Positions 19,815-20,000 of a DNA stretch of 20,000 bases are shown in pieces; the first letter of the stretch is position 1, and each line of letters opens with the position of its first letter. Source of the stretch: Spizellomyces punctatus DAOM BR117 (taxonomy: Eukaryota); assembly GCA_000182565.2 (NCBI GenBank), contig KQ257466.1; one strand, given 5' to 3'. Below the pieces are notes generated by a model, which saw only the letters and a program-made list of their open reading frames with translations, was not told where the DNA came from and ran no database searches. The position numbers and the translations under genes were made by a program.

Positions 19815-20000
19815 GAACCCCAGAGAACCCCAGCATCCCAGAGAACCCCAGAAACCCAGAGAACCCCAGAAACTCCAGAGAACCCCAGAAACCCAGAAAA
19901 TCCCAGGACCCCCTGAGAACCCCAGAATCCCAGAGAACCCCAGAACTCCAGAGAACCCAAGAACCCCAGAGAACCCAAGAACCCCAGAAAACCCAAGAAC
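19815..20000. repeat. Minisatellite with ~18-bp compound unit (CCCAGAGAAC+CCCAGAAA), continuing past the window end
   Basis: About 10 degenerate copies, almost no T on the + strand. It translates as QRTPET or ENPRNP repeats. Confidence 0.9.

Noticed and set aside
19815-20000. C-rich tandem repeat as a telomere or CRISPR array
   Set aside because: The unit is a degenerate 18-mer rather than CCCTAA-like, there are no unique spacers, and it lies inside a retroelement.
17141-20000. Classical Neurospora-type RIP
   Set aside because: CpA/TpG are abundant, G+C is not collapsed and TAA/TAG stops have not accumulated in gag. The loss is specific to CpG.

Overview
Eukaryotic genomic DNA. The short (mostly 50-70 nt) spliceosomal introns and the protein sequences suggest an early-diverging, chytrid-like fungus (inference). 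Bases 1-~17,140 are compact gene-rich sequence with three genes: UTP20 (minus strand, 3' end runs out of the window), a ZNF511-like C2H2 zinc-finger gene (plus strand) and NOT1/CNOT1 (minus strand, ~26 introns). About 300 bp upstream of the NOT1 start, the sequence switches abruptly to a block of nested, broken transposons that is almost free of CpG (2 CpG in ~2.3 kb by hand count). The block contains two small inverted-repeat elements, an old 491-bp LTR, a Ty3/Gypsy integrase C-terminal fragment, a Zn-ribbon fragment, a Ty3/Gypsy gag and a minisatellite. A young 572-bp solo LTR with a 4-bp target duplication and ~33 CpG splits the gag. The most informative signal is that mismatches between inverted-repeat arms are nearly all CG>TG/CA. 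This points to repeat-targeted CpG methylation and deamination with a boundary located within ~60 bp. I see no novel protein-coding system.
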